Positions 9,392 to 20,959 of a stretch of DNA of 64,000 bases are shown in pieces (position 1 is the first letter of the stretch; each line of letters begins with the position of its first letter). The translations under genes and the position numbers were made by a program. The stretch comes from Polyangiaceae bacterium (GTDB lineage: Bacteria; Myxococcota_A; Polyangia; Polyangiales; Polyangiaceae). The DNA lies in the NCBI GenBank assembly GCA_965222375.1, contig CBDCTZ010000008.1:32001-96000 (forward strand). The letters run 5' to 3'. Under the pieces are notes generated by a model. It saw only the letters and a program-made list of their open reading frames with translations. It was not told the origin of the DNA and did not search any database.

Positions 9392-10761
9392 GCCGAAACG
9401 CCCAGATCCTCGCAAGCAGCAGCGGACATCTGCTCGACGAAGCTGCGCAGTTCTGCTTCGTCAGGCCCCTCCACCATCAGTCGCAGCTTCGGTTCGGTGC
9501 CGCTCCAGCGCACGAGGACTCGACCATTTTCGCCCAAGGAATCTTGCGTGCGCTTGATTTCGCCTTGAAGCTTGGACATCTGGTCGAGGGGGCGACGCTC
9601 GGGAAGGCGAATGCTCTCCAGGACTTGGGGCATAGCCTGCATGAGCTGTTTGAGCTCGGAGAGTGGCCTCTGCTCCCGAGCCAGGATTGCCAGCACCTGC
9701 AAAGCGGCGACCACGCCGTCCCCGGTGGTGGCATGGTCCAGGAAGATCAGGTGGCCGCTCTGCTCGCCGCCCAAGGAGTAACCCTTGGAGCGCATGCACT
9801 CGACCACGTAGCGGTCGCCCACAGAAGTTCGCTCCAGCTTGCCACCCGCCCGCTGCATCGCGTGCTCCAGGCCCATATTGCTCATCACTGTGGCGACCAG
9901 GGTGTTCTTGGCGAGCTTGCCCTCGGTGATCATGCGGGAGGCGCACAGCGCCATGACCGCGTCGCCGTCTACGACTTCGCCGGACTCGTCGACCACGATC
10001 AAGCGATCCGCGTCGCCATCCAAGGCGATGCCGAGGTGAGCCTTGCGCTTGCCCACCTCGCGGATGACGCCTTCCGGGTGAAGCGCACCGGAAGACTTGT
10101 TGATGTTGCGCCCGTTGGGGCTGACGCCAAGGGCGGTCACGTCGGCGCCCAGCTCCGCAAAGACCTGGGGCGCGACCTTGTACGCGGCGCCATGGGCGGC
10201 GTCCACGACCACGCGAAGTCCTCCGAGGGTGAGCTCCTTGGGAAAGGTAGACTTGGCGTACACGATGTAGCGCCCGGTAGCGTCATCGATGCGCTCGGCC
10301 CGGCCGATTCGGGCACCCGTGTGGCCCACGGACGAAAGTGCTTTTTCGTCGAAGATCAGGCGCTCGATCTCCAGCTCCCGCTCATCTGGCAGCTTGAAGC
10401 CGTCGGGCCCGAAGATCTTGATCCCATTGTCGAAGTAGGGATTGTGGCTCGCGCTGATCACGACGCCGGCATCCGCGCGCATGCTCTGGGTCAGGTTGGC
10501 AACCGCGGGGGTGGGCATCGGTCCGCACAGCATGACCCGACCACCCATGGCGCAGATCCCAGCGGAAAGCGCCGTCTCGACCATGTAGCCTGACAGTCGC
10601 GTGTCCTTGCCGACCACGACTCGGGGCGCATTGCCGGCTTGGCGCCGTGCCACCATCGCGATGGCTCGCCCGAGCCGCACGATCAGCTCGGGGGTCATGG
10701 GGGGCACGTTGGCCTCCCCCCGTATGCCGTCGGTGCCGAATAGCTTGCGTTTGTCAGTCAC
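9388..10761 (-). CDS. glmM: Phosphoglucosamine mutase
   Basis: [29 protein letters not shown] and RWSGTEP motifs. Confidence 0.97.
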   Translation of the reverse strand: MTDKRKLFGTDGIRGEANVPPMTPELIVRLGRAIAMVARRQAGNAPRVVVGKDTRLSGYMVETALSAGICAMGGRVMLCGPMPTPAVANLTQSMRADAGVVISASHNPYFDNGIKIFGPDGFKLPDERELEIERLIFDEKALSSVGHTGARIGRAERIDDATGRYIVYAKSTFPKELTLGGLRVVVDAAHGAAYKVAPQVFAELGADVTALGVSPNGRNINKSSGALHPEGVIREVGKRKAHLGIALDGDADRLIVVDESGEVVDGDAVMALCASRMITEGKLAKNTLVATVMSNMGLEHAMQRAGGKLERTSVGDRYVVECMRSKGYSLGGEQSGHLIFLDHATTGDGVVAALQVLAILAREQRPLSELKQLMQAMPQVLESIRLPERRPLDQMSKLQGEIKRTQDSLGENGRVLVRWSGTEPKLRLMVEGPDEAELRSFVEQMSAAACEDLGVSA

Positions 10762-11239
10762 GGAAGTTCACGAACTGCAGTTCGATGTCCAAGTCTTTGC
10801 CCTTGAGCATGGCGATCACTTCTTGCAGGTCGTCTCGCTTCTTCCCGCTAACTCGCAGGCTGTCTTCCACGATCGCCGCTTGGACCTTCAGCTTGGACGC
10901 CTTGACCATCTTGACCAATTCCCGGGCCTTGTCTTTTTCGATGCCCTCTTTGACGTTGACGACCATCTTGGAGGTGCCGCCGGGCGCCTTCTCCGGGTCC
11001 TTGGCATCCAAGTGCTTGAGGCTGACTTTTCGACGAATCAGCTTCTGCTGCAGCACGTCATAGGCGGCCCGGGTGCGATCGTCGGCATTGGCCTTGAGGA
11101 TGATGACGCTGTCGGCCTGCTCGATGGCCGCGCCGGTGCCTTTGAAGTCGAAGCGCTGCACGAGTTCTCGCTGCGCCTGGTCGATGGCGTTTTTTACTTC
11201 GGACCAATCCACTTTCGAAACGACGTCGAAGGAGGGCAT
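10754..11239 (-). CDS. yajQ: YajQ-family nucleotide (c-di-GMP)-binding protein
   Basis: [25 protein letters not shown] and LQFVNFRD. Confidence 0.95.
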   Translation of the reverse strand: MPSFDVVSKVDWSEVKNAIDQAQRELVQRFDFKGTGAAIEQADSVIILKANADDRTRAAYDVLQQKLIRRKVSLKHLDAKDPEKAPGGTSKMVVNVKEGIEKDKARELVKMVKASKLKVQAAIVEDSLRVSGKKRDDLQEVIAMLKGKDLDIELQFVNFRD

Positions 11240-11252
11240 GCCAAGGCTCCTA

Positions 11253-12485
11253 TCAAGAATCGACTGGGGGATCCGCTTCCAGACCCAGAAGATGCGTGCG
11301 CGCGGCGCCCACCAGGAAGCTCGAGCCTGTCACGACGACCAGACCTCTCGGCCCGACCTTTTCCCGAGCCACCTTGAGGGCCTCTTCCACGCTTTCTGCC
11401 ACGTCACCGCTGAAAACTTCCGCCATCGCGTTTGGATCGACGGCTTTGCCCTCGATGGGCGGAGCGACGAATATGCGGTGAGCCGCGGCGTGCTCCAATC
11501 GCTGCAGCATCGCCTTCCAGTTCTTGCGCTGCAGGGCGCCGAAAACCAACGCAACCTGGCGGCGAGATTCTACCTCGCCGTACATGCTCGGATCGAGCAC
11601 ATGTGACAGCGCGACGGCGCCGTCCGGGTTGTGGGCGCAATCGAGCAGGGTCAGTTCCTGGCCGCCGCGGTGAAGCAGCTCGTTTCGCCCCGGCCAAGTG
11701 GCAGCTTCAATCCCCTCGGCGATGACCTTGGGTTCGATGCCCAGTTCCTGGGCGACGGTGACGGCCACCGCCAAGTTTGAACCAAACATCGCGAATCGGG
11801 GGTAGGCCAGCGCCGCCCCGGGGATCGGTTCCGGACTTCCGAGGGCGACCAGGTGAGCACCTACCTTGTCGATCTCGCGCTCGATCACGTGGCGCGCGTC
11901 CGGGTGCAGCTTGCCCAAGACGACCGTGGAGCCCTTCTTGATGATGCCGGCTTTTTCCTGAGCGATCTTGGCTAGGCTGTCGCCTAGTTCGAGCATGTGA
12001 TCGAAGGCGATGCGGGTAATGGCCACCACCTTGGGTTCAGGCACCACGTTGGTGGCATCCAGGCGCCCTCCCAGACCGGCCTCTATGATCGCCAGTTCGA
12101 CCTTTGCCTCCTGGAACGCCAAGAAGGCGGCGATCGTCGCAACCTCGAAGAAGGACAGCTCAGGCCCTTCGTCCAATACGCGCTCCAGCAGTTCGGCTAG
12201 CTCGGCGTCTTCGAGCGGCTCTCCGTCGATCCGGATGCGCTCCGAAAACTTCACCAGGTGAGGCGAGGTGTACAGGCCGGTGTGCTTGCCTGCCGCGTTC
12301 GCCGCAGCCGCCACAAAAGCGCAAACGCTCCCTTTGCCGTTCGTCCCAGCGATATGGGCGACTTCGAAGGATTTCTCCGGGTTTCCCATCCTGTCGCATA
12401 CTTCCTGAACGCGGGTCAGGTCCAGCTTGGGCTGGCCAGGCACGCGGTCGTAGAGACGCTTCAGGGTGCTCTTCAAGTCGGTCAC
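11253..12485 (-). CDS. folC: Folylpolyglutamate synthase/dihydrofolate synthase
   Basis: HIAGTNGKGS, YTSPHL, EAGLGGRLDATN, DCAHNP. Confidence 0.95.
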   Translation of the reverse strand: MTDLKSTLKRLYDRVPGQPKLDLTRVQEVCDRMGNPEKSFEVAHIAGTNGKGSVCAFVAAAANAAGKHTGLYTSPHLVKFSERIRIDGEPLEDAELAELLERVLDEGPELSFFEVATIAAFLAFQEAKVELAIIEAGLGGRLDATNVVPEPKVVAITRIAFDHMLELGDSLAKIAQEKAGIIKKGSTVVLGKLHPDARHVIEREIDKVGAHLVALGSPEPIPGAALAYPRFAMFGSNLAVAVTVAQELGIEPKVIAEGIEAATWPGRNELLHRGGQELTLLDCAHNPDGAVALSHVLDPSMYGEVESRRQVALVFGALQRKNWKAMLQRLEHAAAHRIFVAPPIEGKAVDPNAMAEVFSGDVAESVEEALKVAREKVGPRGLVVVTGSSFLVGAARTHLLGLEADPPVDS

Positions 12486-13324
12486 GGTTTGCTCAAATGG
12501 GATAGGAGGCGGGCCAAAGTTTGCTTCATTTCGACCCGAGGAACGATGAGGTCGACCATGCCATGGGTCAGCAGAAATTCCGAGCGTTGGAAGCCTGGCG
12601 GCAGGGTGGTTCGGAGGGTGCTCTCGATGACTCGAGGCCCGGCAAAGCCGATTAGGGCGTTGGGCTCGGCGACGTTCACATCGCCCAAAAGCGCAGTACT
12701 TGCGGCAACGCCGCCGGTGGTGGGATGCACCAACACGCTGATGAAGGGGCGGCGGCCGGTGCGAAACCGCCGCAGCGCGCCGACAGTTTTTGCCATTTGC
12801 ATGAGGCTGAGCAGGCCCTCCTGCATGCGCGCGCCCCCAGAGGCGTGGAGCAGGATGGCCGGGAGATCCTCGTCCAGGGCCCGCTCGAACAGGCGGGTGA
12901 CCCGCTCGCCGACCACCGAACCCATGCTGCCACCCATGAAGGGGAAGATGTAGGCGCCATAGGCGATGGGGTGGCCTAACAGATCGGCGCGTCCTACCTC
13001 CACGGCCTCGGAATGCTGACTGTTGTTGGCCGCACGCTCCAGACGGGAGCGGTAGGGCTTGCCATCATCGAAATGCAGTGGATCTGCAGGTCGGATGTGG
13101 TCCTCCCACAGGGTCAACTGCTCGTCGTCGAGGAGCAACCGTCGCCAAGCCTCGGGAGGCATTGGGCGATGCCGGCCGCAGCCCTGGCAGACCCAGCTGG
13201 CCTCACGGAACTCCTCGGCCGTGTGCACGGCTCCGCAGCCGTCACATTTCTGGAACATGCCTTCGCCAAGCGAGCGTTTTTCGCCCGGCTGAGGCTGAGC
13301 AGGGGTCTTGGCGGGTAGCACCAC
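12482..13324 (-). CDS. accD: Acetyl-CoA carboxylase carboxyltransferase beta subunit (start approximate)
   Basis: Zn finger CDGC...CQGC, FMGGSMGSVVGE, SGGARMQEG, PTTGGV, GFAGPRVIE; accD-folC synteny. Confidence 0.93.
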   Translation of the reverse strand: MVLPAKTPAQPQPGEKRSLGEGMFQKCDGCGAVHTAEEFREASWVCQGCGRHRPMPPEAWRRLLLDDEQLTLWEDHIRPADPLHFDDGKPYRSRLERAANNSQHSEAVEVGRADLLGHPIAYGAYIFPFMGGSMGSVVGERVTRLFERALDEDLPAILLHASGGARMQEGLLSLMQMAKTVGALRRFRTGRRPFISVLVHPTTGGVAASTALLGDVNVAEPNALIGFAGPRVIESTLRTTLPPGFQRSEFLLTHGMVDLIVPRVEMKQTLARLLSHLSKP

Positions 13325-13519
13325 GGTGGCGTCGAGAGGCTCGAAAGCAAATGCCCGCGGCCTAGTGCCGGATTGGCGAAACGCCCGGGCTGTGCGGAGG
13401 CTCCCCCGGGCCGGGCCGCGGTGCAAGCGGGCTGGGCCAGGGGTGGTCAGCGGGCGGTTCAGGGGCGGAAAAACGCAATCTTGTCGCCCCCGCCAAAGGG
13501 GGCGAGACTCCGCCCCAGA

Positions 13520-16153
13520 ATGACGGAAAGCCCCGTATCGGCGTTTGGCGTGAGCGACCTGCGCGCGCCCGTCCTTGGACGAGACTCCGAACTCGAATCT
13601 CTGAAGGCCGTGGCAACCAAGGCCATCGATGCCTCCGAAGCGCAGGTCGTGACTCTGATAGCGGCGGCTGGCGTCGGCAAGACGCGTCTGGTGCACGAAC
13701 TCCTGCTCGAGATCAGAGTCTCCGCGGGCCAGGCGCCTCGCATCTTTCGCGGAAGCGCGCGGTCCATTCAGCAATCCTATGGCCTGTTCGCTCGCCTGCT
13801 GCGCAGTCGCTTCGGGCTGGTGGAAGGAATGGACCCCGAGGCCGCGAAAGCGCAGTTGCGCTCTCAGGTGGCAGCCGTTCTCGACGACCGTAAGGTCGGC
13901 GACGTCTGTTACTTCCTAGGCCAACTGTTGGGTTTGGAGTTTCTCGAGAGCCCGCTCACCCGCGCCGTCGTTGGTGACGCCGTCGAAGCTCGGCTTTTTC
14001 GCCGCGCCATCGTGCGGAGCTTCTTCGAAGCTGACGCAGCACACGGGCCCATATGTCTGGTGTTCGAGGATCTACACCTTGCTGACGACGACTCCCTGGT
14101 GCTCCTGAAGTACTTGGTCGAACAACTCAGCGGGGCCTTGTTGCTCTTGTGTGTGACTCGCCCGGAGCTGCTTGCCCGAGCCAAAGATTGGACCGGCCTC
14201 GCTCAGGCGCGTCACACCCAGGTGGAACTCGCGCCCCTGAGTGAGAAGCACTCTACGGCAGTGGCGTCGTCGCTGCTGGCACCCTGCGAGGGGGGCGCGC
14301 CGCCCCAGCTGATCGAAGCTGCGGTGGGTATGGCCGGCGGCAATCCGCGCTTGCTGGAGCAGATGGTGCGCATCTTCCACGACACCGGCGTGCTGGACGA
14401 GCGAGACGCCTTGGCCAAGGAACCAGCCTGGAAAGTGGACTTGGATCGCCTTGCCAGTGCGCGCTTGCCTCTAAGTGTTGACGATGCCGTTCAGGCTCGT
14501 ATTGCGGCATTGAGTGCCGCCGAGCGTCGCGTGCTCGAACACGCGGCGGCGATGGGTAGCGTGTTTTGGCTGGGCGGATTGGTGGCGCTGGCCCGAGCCG
14601 AACGTACACCTCCGGAGGTATGGACTGGGGACGACGACACCGCCGAGCTACGCAACACCGTGGAGGCGCTGGTCTCCCGAGACTATCTACTGCCGCTGCC
14701 TGACTCGGCGTTTCCAGGCGAAACTGAGTACGTCTTCAAGCACAACCTGGAACGCGAAAAGGTCGCACAACTGACCAGCTCCGCTGCGCTGCGTGGCTAC
14801 CACCAGGTGATCGCGGATTTCTTGGACGGCAAGGAGGGCGTGCGGAGCCAGGAAGAGTACTGCGCGATGTTGGCCAGCCACCTGTCCGACGCTGGTGCAC
14901 CGGAGCGCGCTGGGCTCACGTTCCTGAACGCAGGAGATCTGGCCCGAGGTAACTACGCGGCCAAGAAGGCCGCCGAGTACTACCGGCGCGGCCTGGACCT
15001 GGTGGGAAACTCGGATGCTCAACGCCGCATCGAAGCGCTACATGACTACGGCGATGTGCTGAACCTGCTCGGGCGGACCGATGAAGCGTTGGCGGCGTTT
15101 CGGGACATGTTGGCGCTGGCGTTCCGCCTCGGCGCGCTCTCGAAGGGCGGGGCGGCCCACAATCGGATTGGCCGCCTTTACCGCGACACCGGCTCCCTCG
15201 GCCACGCCGCAACGCATCTGGAGGCAGCGACTTCGCTGTTCGAAGCCGCCGATGACGCTCGTGGCGTGAGTGCCTGCCACGACGACGTCGGCAAGCTTTT
15301 GTGGTTGCGCGGCGACTACGATGCGGCTCTGGAAAAGATGAAAAGTGCCCTGGAAATGCGCAAGACCTTGGGCGACCGCCGCTCAATCGCGCTCAGCCTG
15401 AACAACATTGGATTGGTCTGGCTCGATCACGGGCGCACTCGGCAGGCCGCGGAAGCCTTCGATGCGGCCCTCAAGCTCCGGCGGGACATCAAGGATCCTC
15501 TGGGGCTCGTGCAGACCTTGAACAATCTGGGACGCCTGGCCCAGGAGCGCAACGACCATGATGACGCGCTCAAATATTTCAAAGAGGCCCACGATCTGGC
15601 TCGCGAGATCGGCGAGCACAACCGCATTGCCGTCGTGCTGACCAACATTGGTGAGACCCATTATCGGAAGGGCAATCCCAAGGAAGCCATCGCGGTCCTC
15701 TCGCAAGCCGAATCCCTCTGCGACGAGATGGGAGACCGCCTCCACCTTGCCGAAGCCAAGCGTGCTCTGGCCAAGGCGTTCTTGCTGCAGGGCGAATTGC
15801 GCAAAGCTCGGGAGAGCATTCGTAGCGCAGTGGATCTATTTGGCCAGATACGCAGCAAGTCGCACCTCGCCGCCGCGCTGCGCACTCTGGGAGAGATCAC
15901 CGGGGCGGGCGCTTGGGGCGTCGGCCACGAAAACAAGGCAGTGGACTACTTCATGCGCTCGGTGGCTTTGTTCAAAGAAATTGAAAACGAACTCGAGACT
16001 GCCAAGAGCTACCGGGCCTTCGCAAGCTACGTTCAGGGTTCCGACCACTACAAGGGCAACACGGACATTCAGCGAGAAGCCACGAAGCTGAGTGAGATGG
16101 CCCAAGAGATCTTCGATCGCCACAAGAACGCGCTAGCTGACGAAAAAACCTGA
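13520..16153 (+). CDS. STAND-like AAA ATPase with C-terminal TPR array
   Basis: VLGRDSEL, Walker A AAGVGKT, Walker B LVFEDLH, GGNP, YVFKH, multiple TPRs (SLNNIG, TLNNLG, VLTNIG). Confidence 0.85.
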   Translation: MTESPVSAFGVSDLRAPVLGRDSELESLKAVATKAIDASEAQVVTLIAAAGVGKTRLVHELLLEIRVSAGQAPRIFRGSARSIQQSYGLFARLLRSRFGLVEGMDPEAAKAQLRSQVAAVLDDRKVGDVCYFLGQLLGLEFLESPLTRAVVGDAVEARLFRRAIVRSFFEADAAHGPICLVFEDLHLADDDSLVLLKYLVEQLSGALLLLCVTRPELLARAKDWTGLAQARHTQVELAPLSEKHSTAVASSLLAPCEGGAPPQLIEAAVGMAGGNPRLLEQMVRIFHDTGVLDERDALAKEPAWKVDLDRLASARLPLSVDDAVQARIAALSAAERRVLEHAAAMGSVFWLGGLVALARAERTPPEVWTGDDDTAELRNTVEALVSRDYLLPLPDSAFPGETEYVFKHNLEREKVAQLTSSAALRGYHQVIADFLDGKEGVRSQEEYCAMLASHLSDAGAPERAGLTFLNAGDLARGNYAAKKAAEYYRRGLDLVGNSDAQRRIEALHDYGDVLNLLGRTDEALAAFRDMLALAFRLGALSKGGAAHNRIGRLYRDTGSLGHAATHLEAATSLFEAADDARGVSACHDDVGKLLWLRGDYDAALEKMKSALEMRKTLGDRRSIALSLNNIGLVWLDHGRTRQAAEAFDAALKLRRDIKDPLGLVQTLNNLGRLAQERNDHDDALKYFKEAHDLAREIGEHNRIAVVLTNIGETHYRKGNPKEAIAVLSQAESLCDEMGDRLHLAEAKRALAKAFLLQGELRKARESIRSAVDLFGQIRSKSHLAAALRTLGEITGAGAWGVGHENKAVDYFMRSVALFKEIENELETAKSYRAFASYVQGSDHYKGNTDIQREATKLSEMAQEIFDRHKNALADEKT

Positions 16154-16167
16154 CGAACACGCAAATC

Positions 16168-17331
16168 ATGTCGCCCCCCCTACACAGCCGACTGCGCCAA
16201 GTTGCCGAAACCCTGGACAGCCAATTCCTCGGCAAGAGCGAGGTCATTCGGCTGCTCTTGATCGCCATCGTCGCGCGGGAGCATGCGGTGCTGATTGGTC
16301 CACCCGGGACCGCGAAGAGCGCGCTGCTCCGGACCTTGGCCCACCTTCTGGACGCACGCTATTTCGAGTACCTGCTCACGCGCTTCACGGAGCCCAACGA
16401 GATATTCGGCCCCGTGGACATTCAGGCGTTTCGCGATGGGCGCTATCAGCGGCGCACCTCCGGCATGCTGCCCGAGTCGGAAATCGTGTTCTTGGACGAG
16501 GTGTTCAAGTCCAACAGTGCGATCTTGAACGCGCTGCTCACGCTATTGAACGAGCGACTGTACTCCAGCGGGGGTCAGGTCGTGCAGTGTCCGATGATCA
16601 GCGCCTTTGGCGCCAGCAACGAAGTGCCCACGGATGAGAGTTTGGGAGCGCTTTTCGACCGCTTCCTGCTGCGGATCCGCAGTGACAATCTGGACGCCTA
16701 CCACTTCAACGAACTGTTGGATCTGGGCGTGCGCCACGAGGTCAAGAAACTCAAACGGCAGAAAGCCACGCCCCTGGTCAGCGCAGCGGATCTCCACGCC
16801 ATGACCGACGATCTGGCGAAGCGGCTTTCCTTCAACGAGGCATTCCTGTCGTCCTACAAGGGGTTGATCTTCCAAATCCGCGCCGAGGGCATCAGCGTCA
16901 GCGATCGGCGCATCGTCAAGATGCTCAAGCTGTTCGCTGCGAGCGCCTACTTGGATGGGCGGGAACAAGCCGACAACAGCGATCTCTTCGTGCTCAAGCA
17001 CATTTGGAACGCCGAAGACCAAGCTCCCATTCTGGAGCAGATCGTGCAGCCGGTGCTGGAGGCCTTCTATCGCGAGCATCCGGATCGCCGCCGCGTGGGT
17101 GCCCTGGGAATCGGTCTGGAAGCTTTGGCAGCAGAGGTGGACCGTATCCGGCACGTGTTGACCGGTGCTGCGCCCCCGAGCGATCTCCAACTGTTCAGTC
17201 AGCTGAAGGCCCTCGGCGAGATCAAAACGGCCCTAGCCCAGATCCCGGAAGACGGGGCTCGAAAGCTCGAGCAACGCGTGGTCCAGCTTTTGGACGCCAC
17301 TCTGAAGAGCGGTCGATTCGCGGAGCTGTGA
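16168..17331 (+). CDS. MoxR-family AAA+ ATPase, RavA-like
   Basis: [48 protein letters not shown]. Confidence 0.88.
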   Translation: MSPPLHSRLRQVAETLDSQFLGKSEVIRLLLIAIVAREHAVLIGPPGTAKSALLRTLAHLLDARYFEYLLTRFTEPNEIFGPVDIQAFRDGRYQRRTSGMLPESEIVFLDEVFKSNSAILNALLTLLNERLYSSGGQVVQCPMISAFGASNEVPTDESLGALFDRFLLRIRSDNLDAYHFNELLDLGVRHEVKKLKRQKATPLVSAADLHAMTDDLAKRLSFNEAFLSSYKGLIFQIRAEGISVSDRRIVKMLKLFAASAYLDGREQADNSDLFVLKHIWNAEDQAPILEQIVQPVLEAFYREHPDRRRVGALGIGLEALAAEVDRIRHVLTGAAPPSDLQLFSQLKALGEIKTALAQIPEDGARKLEQRVVQLLDATLKSGRFAEL

Positions 17332-17777
17332 CGGTGACGCCACGGGTGTTGGTCAAGCGCGTCGGAGCCGTGGAAGTTCCGCTCCCGAACTACCAATCCG
17401 AGCTGGCGGCGGGGCTCGACCTATGCGCGGCGCTGGACGCCGCGGTCGAGCTAGAGCCTGGCCAGCGCAAGATGGTGCCCACGGGCCTCGCGCTGAGCAT
17501 TCCTCCGGGCTTCGAGGGTCAGGTTCGACCGCGTTCGGGCCTAGCGCTGCGCGCGGGGCTGTCCATCGTCAACAGCCCGGGCACTATCGACGCGGATTAC
17601 CGTGGCGAGATCGGGATCGTGCTGATCAATCACGGCCAAGAGCCGTTCCGGATCGAGCCGCTGGCGCGGATTGCCCAATTGGTCATCGCCCCGGTGGCGC
17701 GAGCAGAGCTCGAGCTGGTGACCGAGCTGCCCGGCACACAGCGGGGCGGGGGCGGCTACGGATCTACGGGCGCGTAG
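17328..17777 (+). CDS. dut: dUTP diphosphatase
   Basis: [42 protein letters not shown]. Confidence 0.96.
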   Translation: MTVTPRVLVKRVGAVEVPLPNYQSELAAGLDLCAALDAAVELEPGQRKMVPTGLALSIPPGFEGQVRPRSGLALRAGLSIVNSPGTIDADYRGEIGIVLINHGQEPFRIEPLARIAQLVIAPVARAELELVTELPGTQRGGGGYGSTGA

Positions 17778-17787
17778 TCGCGCGCGT

Positions 17788-18576
17788 TCAGCTGGGCTGG
17801 CTGAGGTCGCCCAAGAACGCGACTAGATCGTCGAACACGAGCCGAGCATCGTAGTCCCGGGTGACGATGTGACCCGAGCGCTGACAGCAGCGGGTGCGCA
17901 CCCGCGTGCTGCCGAGTCGCGCCGCCACCCGGCGCAGGTTGCGCACCGGGCACACACGGTCTTTCTGCCCATGAGCGAGATAGGCTGGGCAGACGATGGC
18001 GCCCAAGCGGTCCCGCAGGCGCCTGCCGTGGGCCCAGACCTCCGAGGCCGAGCGGGCAGGCTGAGCGCTGAGCGTGAGATGATTCTGTCGAGCCTCGGGC
18101 TCCTGAATGTCCGCGCTGTGTTTCGGCAGGTGCACATCAGGCAGTGCAAACCGGTGATACGCGGCGAGGGGCCAGGCGGGGAAGGGCCCCCGGAGCCAAA
18201 ATGCGTTGGCCAGTAGGCCGAGGCCGACGACCCTGGACGGTTGCTGCAGGCAGAGCTCCGCGGCAAGCAGACTGCCCATGGACAGGCCCACCACGACGAC
18301 CTTGCCGTATTCGGCGGATAGCTCCTGAAACGCGTCTCGCGCGGATCCGAGCCAATCGTCGAAGCGTGTGGTGGCGAGGTCAGCTGCGGTCCATCCGTGA
18401 CCTCGAAGCAAGGGTGAGTGGGCTGCCAAGCCCAAGGACTGCGCAGCCTTCACGACCAGGTCGACTTCGACGGGTGTGCCGCCATAGCCATGCAACGCAA
18501 GAACCGCTGGCGATTTCCCGCCATGCTGTCGCGACTCGGGGCTGCCTTGCCCGATCAGACCACCCGAGGCGGGCAC
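17788..18576 (-). CDS. Alpha/beta-hydrolase carboxylesterase
   Basis: LHGYGG oxyanion motif, GLSMG nucleophile elbow, D (GQKD) and H (SGH). Confidence 0.85.
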   Translation of the reverse strand: MPASGGLIGQGSPESRQHGGKSPAVLALHGYGGTPVEVDLVVKAAQSLGLAAHSPLLRGHGWTAADLATTRFDDWLGSARDAFQELSAEYGKVVVVGLSMGSLLAAELCLQQPSRVVGLGLLANAFWLRGPFPAWPLAAYHRFALPDVHLPKHSADIQEPEARQNHLTLSAQPARSASEVWAHGRRLRDRLGAIVCPAYLAHGQKDRVCPVRNLRRVAARLGSTRVRTRCCQRSGHIVTRDYDARLVFDDLVAFLGDLSQPS

Positions 18577-20022
18577 TCAGCTCTCTCCGCGCGCTATCCC
18601 GTAGGCGCGGATCTTCTTGTGCAGATTCGTGCGTTCGACGCCTAGAGCAACCGCGGTTTTCGAGATGTTCCAATCGTGGCCGTTGAGGGTCGCCACGATA
18701 TACGCCCGTTCCGCTGCATCGCGGTATTCGCGCAAGGTCATGCGCTGTCCGGCTTCGTTCACGGCTGGCGGCGGGGTCGAGAGGGATCGGCCGGGCCCCA
18801 CCGCGGCGTCGTCGTCATCGAAGGGGCTATCGTGAGGATCTTCGGGCAGATCGGCGATCGTGATCACGTCGCTGGAAAGAATCGCAGCGCGCTCGACGAC
18901 GTTCTTCAGCTCGCGGACGTTGCCGGGCCACTTGCGCTGCCGCAGCGCGCTCATCATGCTCGGGTCGATTTTCTTCTGCCGCAGCCCGTTCTCTTTGCAG
19001 AAGCTCTGTACGAAGGCCTCCGCCAGCAGCGGAATGTCGTCCGAGCGATCCCTGAGCGCCGGAACGCGGATTGGGAAGACGTCCAGGCGGAAGAAGAGAT
19101 CTTCCCGGAAGCCCCCGGCTTGAACTTCTTTGGCCAGATCCTTGTTCGTGGCGGCCAGGACGCGAACGTCGACCTGAATGACGTTCTCCGAGCCGACCCG
19201 CACGACCTCGCCGTTTTGCAGCGCTCTCAGCACCTTGGCTTGGGCAGCCAGGTCCATGTCGCCGATCTCGTCCAGGAACAACGTGCCACCGTGGGCTTGT
19301 TCGAAGAAGCCGCGCTTGCGAGCCTGGGCGCCAGTGAAGGAACCCTTCTCGTGACCAAAGAGCTCGCTCTCGATCAGCTCACGAGGGATGGCCGCACAGT
19401 TGACCTTGATGAAGGGCGCGTCCTGGCGGGGGCTGAGGCGATGGATGGCGCGGCTGACCAACTCTTTGCCAGTGCCGCTCTCACCAGTGATGAGCACGCT
19501 GGCTTTGGTTGGCGCAACCTTGTCGATGTCTTGGTAGAGCCTCTGCATCAAGGCGCTCGTGCCGATCATCTCGTAGCGCACCTCGAGCTCTTCGCGCATC
19601 TGTTCGACGGTGCGACTGAGGCGAGCAGTGCGAATGCAATTCTGAACGCTGACCAGGACGCGCTCTCGATTCAGAGGCTTCTCGAAGAAGTCACTGGCAC
19701 CGAGTTTGATGGCGTTTACAGCGTCGTGAACCGTGGCGTGACCGCTGATCACGATCACCGGGATCTCGATTTCGTCGGCCCGAAGTTGCTCCAAGGCTTC
19801 CAGCCCGGTCATCTTGGGGAGCTTCAGGTCGAAGATCGCGAGGTCGACCGGCTCGCGGGGGTTCTGAAGCGTTTCCAGCGCCTGTTCCGCACTTTCGGCC
19901 TCCAGGACCCGATAGCCTTCGCCGGAAAGCACCATATCCAAGGTGCGGCGGATGTTCTTTTCGTCGTCCACCACCAGAATGGTGGGCATGACCGGGGCCA
20001 GGGCTTGGGGGTCTGACACCAT
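18577..20022 (-). CDS. Sigma54-dependent response regulator (NtrC/NtrX family)
   Basis: Receiver domain VVDDE...FDLKLP, GESGTGKE, ESELFGHEKGSFTGA, WPGNVREL, Fis-type HTH. Confidence 0.95.
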   Translation of the reverse strand: MVSDPQALAPVMPTILVVDDEKNIRRTLDMVLSGEGYRVLEAESAEQALETLQNPREPVDLAIFDLKLPKMTGLEALEQLRADEIEIPVIVISGHATVHDAVNAIKLGASDFFEKPLNRERVLVSVQNCIRTARLSRTVEQMREELEVRYEMIGTSALMQRLYQDIDKVAPTKASVLITGESGTGKELVSRAIHRLSPRQDAPFIKVNCAAIPRELIESELFGHEKGSFTGAQARKRGFFEQAHGGTLFLDEIGDMDLAAQAKVLRALQNGEVVRVGSENVIQVDVRVLAATNKDLAKEVQAGGFREDLFFRLDVFPIRVPALRDRSDDIPLLAEAFVQSFCKENGLRQKKIDPSMMSALRQRKWPGNVRELKNVVERAAILSSDVITIADLPEDPHDSPFDDDDAAVGPGRSLSTPPPAVNEAGQRMTLREYRDAAERAYIVATLNGHDWNISKTAVALGVERTNLHKKIRAYGIARGES

Positions 20023-20025
20023 CGC

Positions 20026-20850
20026 TCAGTTTGCCGCCTTCCCAGGGCGAGGGGCTGGTGCCGGGCTGGCGCCCAACATCTTCAAGAACCCCCGTGCTGG
20101 GCGGCCGAAAGGACTGGCCGGGTAGGTGGCGAGAAGCTGTTGCAGCACGGCGCGTGCTTTCTTGCGCTTCTTCATCTTCATGTAGGTCTCAGCCAACAGC
20201 AGCATGGCTTCGGCTTCCAGGCCTGAGCCCTCGTAGGTCCGCAGCGCGTATTGGCAACGAGCCACCGCGGCCTTGAAGTTGTCCCGAGCGAGGTAGAAGC
20301 GCGCCACGTAAATCTCATGGCGAGCCAGCAGTCCCGCGACAGACTCCAGCATGAACTCTAATTCCCGCGTGTGCTTGTAAGACGGATAGTCCTGCAAGAT
20401 GGCGCGTACGGTGGAGTAGGCCTCGTGAACGCTGGCCAGATCTCGTTCTTCCAGGGGTGGCAGAAGGATGGACTGACCTGACTGCTCGAAAAGCGCTTTC
20501 GCGATCTTGTAGCGTGCGTAAGGGACCTCCGGATCGTTGGGGAAATCGTGGACGAATGCCTTGTAGGAGCCGATCGCCTCAGCCCATTTTTCCTGGTGGT
20601 ACTGGGCGTCCGCAATGCGCAAATCTGCCAGCCGGGCGTAGCGGCTGTAGCCATATTCGCGCTTCACTTCCTGCATCAAGGTAATGGCTAGTTCCCAGTC
20701 CCTGTCGAAGTACGCGTCCAGCGCCTCCTCGTAGTCCCGCTTGGCGTTTTCCGTGTATTGCAGCGGGCTGTCCGCGGGTGGCGGCTTGGCGCAGGCAGGC
20801 GCGAGCACACCCAGGCAAATGGCGGCCGTCAGGGCATGGGCAATCCGCAT
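20026..20850 (-). CDS. bamD: Outer membrane protein assembly lipoprotein BamD
   Basis: Lipobox LAPAC; TPRs; [32 protein letters not shown]. Confidence 0.85.
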   Translation of the reverse strand: MRIAHALTAAICLGVLAPACAKPPPADSPLQYTENAKRDYEEALDAYFDRDWELAITLMQEVKREYGYSRYARLADLRIADAQYHQEKWAEAIGSYKAFVHDFPNDPEVPYARYKIAKALFEQSGQSILLPPLEERDLASVHEAYSTVRAILQDYPSYKHTRELEFMLESVAGLLARHEIYVARFYLARDNFKAAVARCQYALRTYEGSGLEAEAMLLLAETYMKMKKRKKARAVLQQLLATYPASPFGRPARGFLKMLGASPAPAPRPGKAAN

Positions 20851-20959
20851 CGCGGTGGTGGTAGCGGCTCGATTTGCCGGCCGCAAGGCGAAAAAATGGG
20901 CTGTTCCGGGCTCTGGAAACCTTGATCACCGCCCTGCATGGGTTACTTTCGGGCGCCCA

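Noticed and set aside
13325..13774. Long N-terminal extension of AccD as in the ORF track
   Set aside because: It overlaps the divergent STAND gene and has shadow-ORF composition; the real start is probably near 13324
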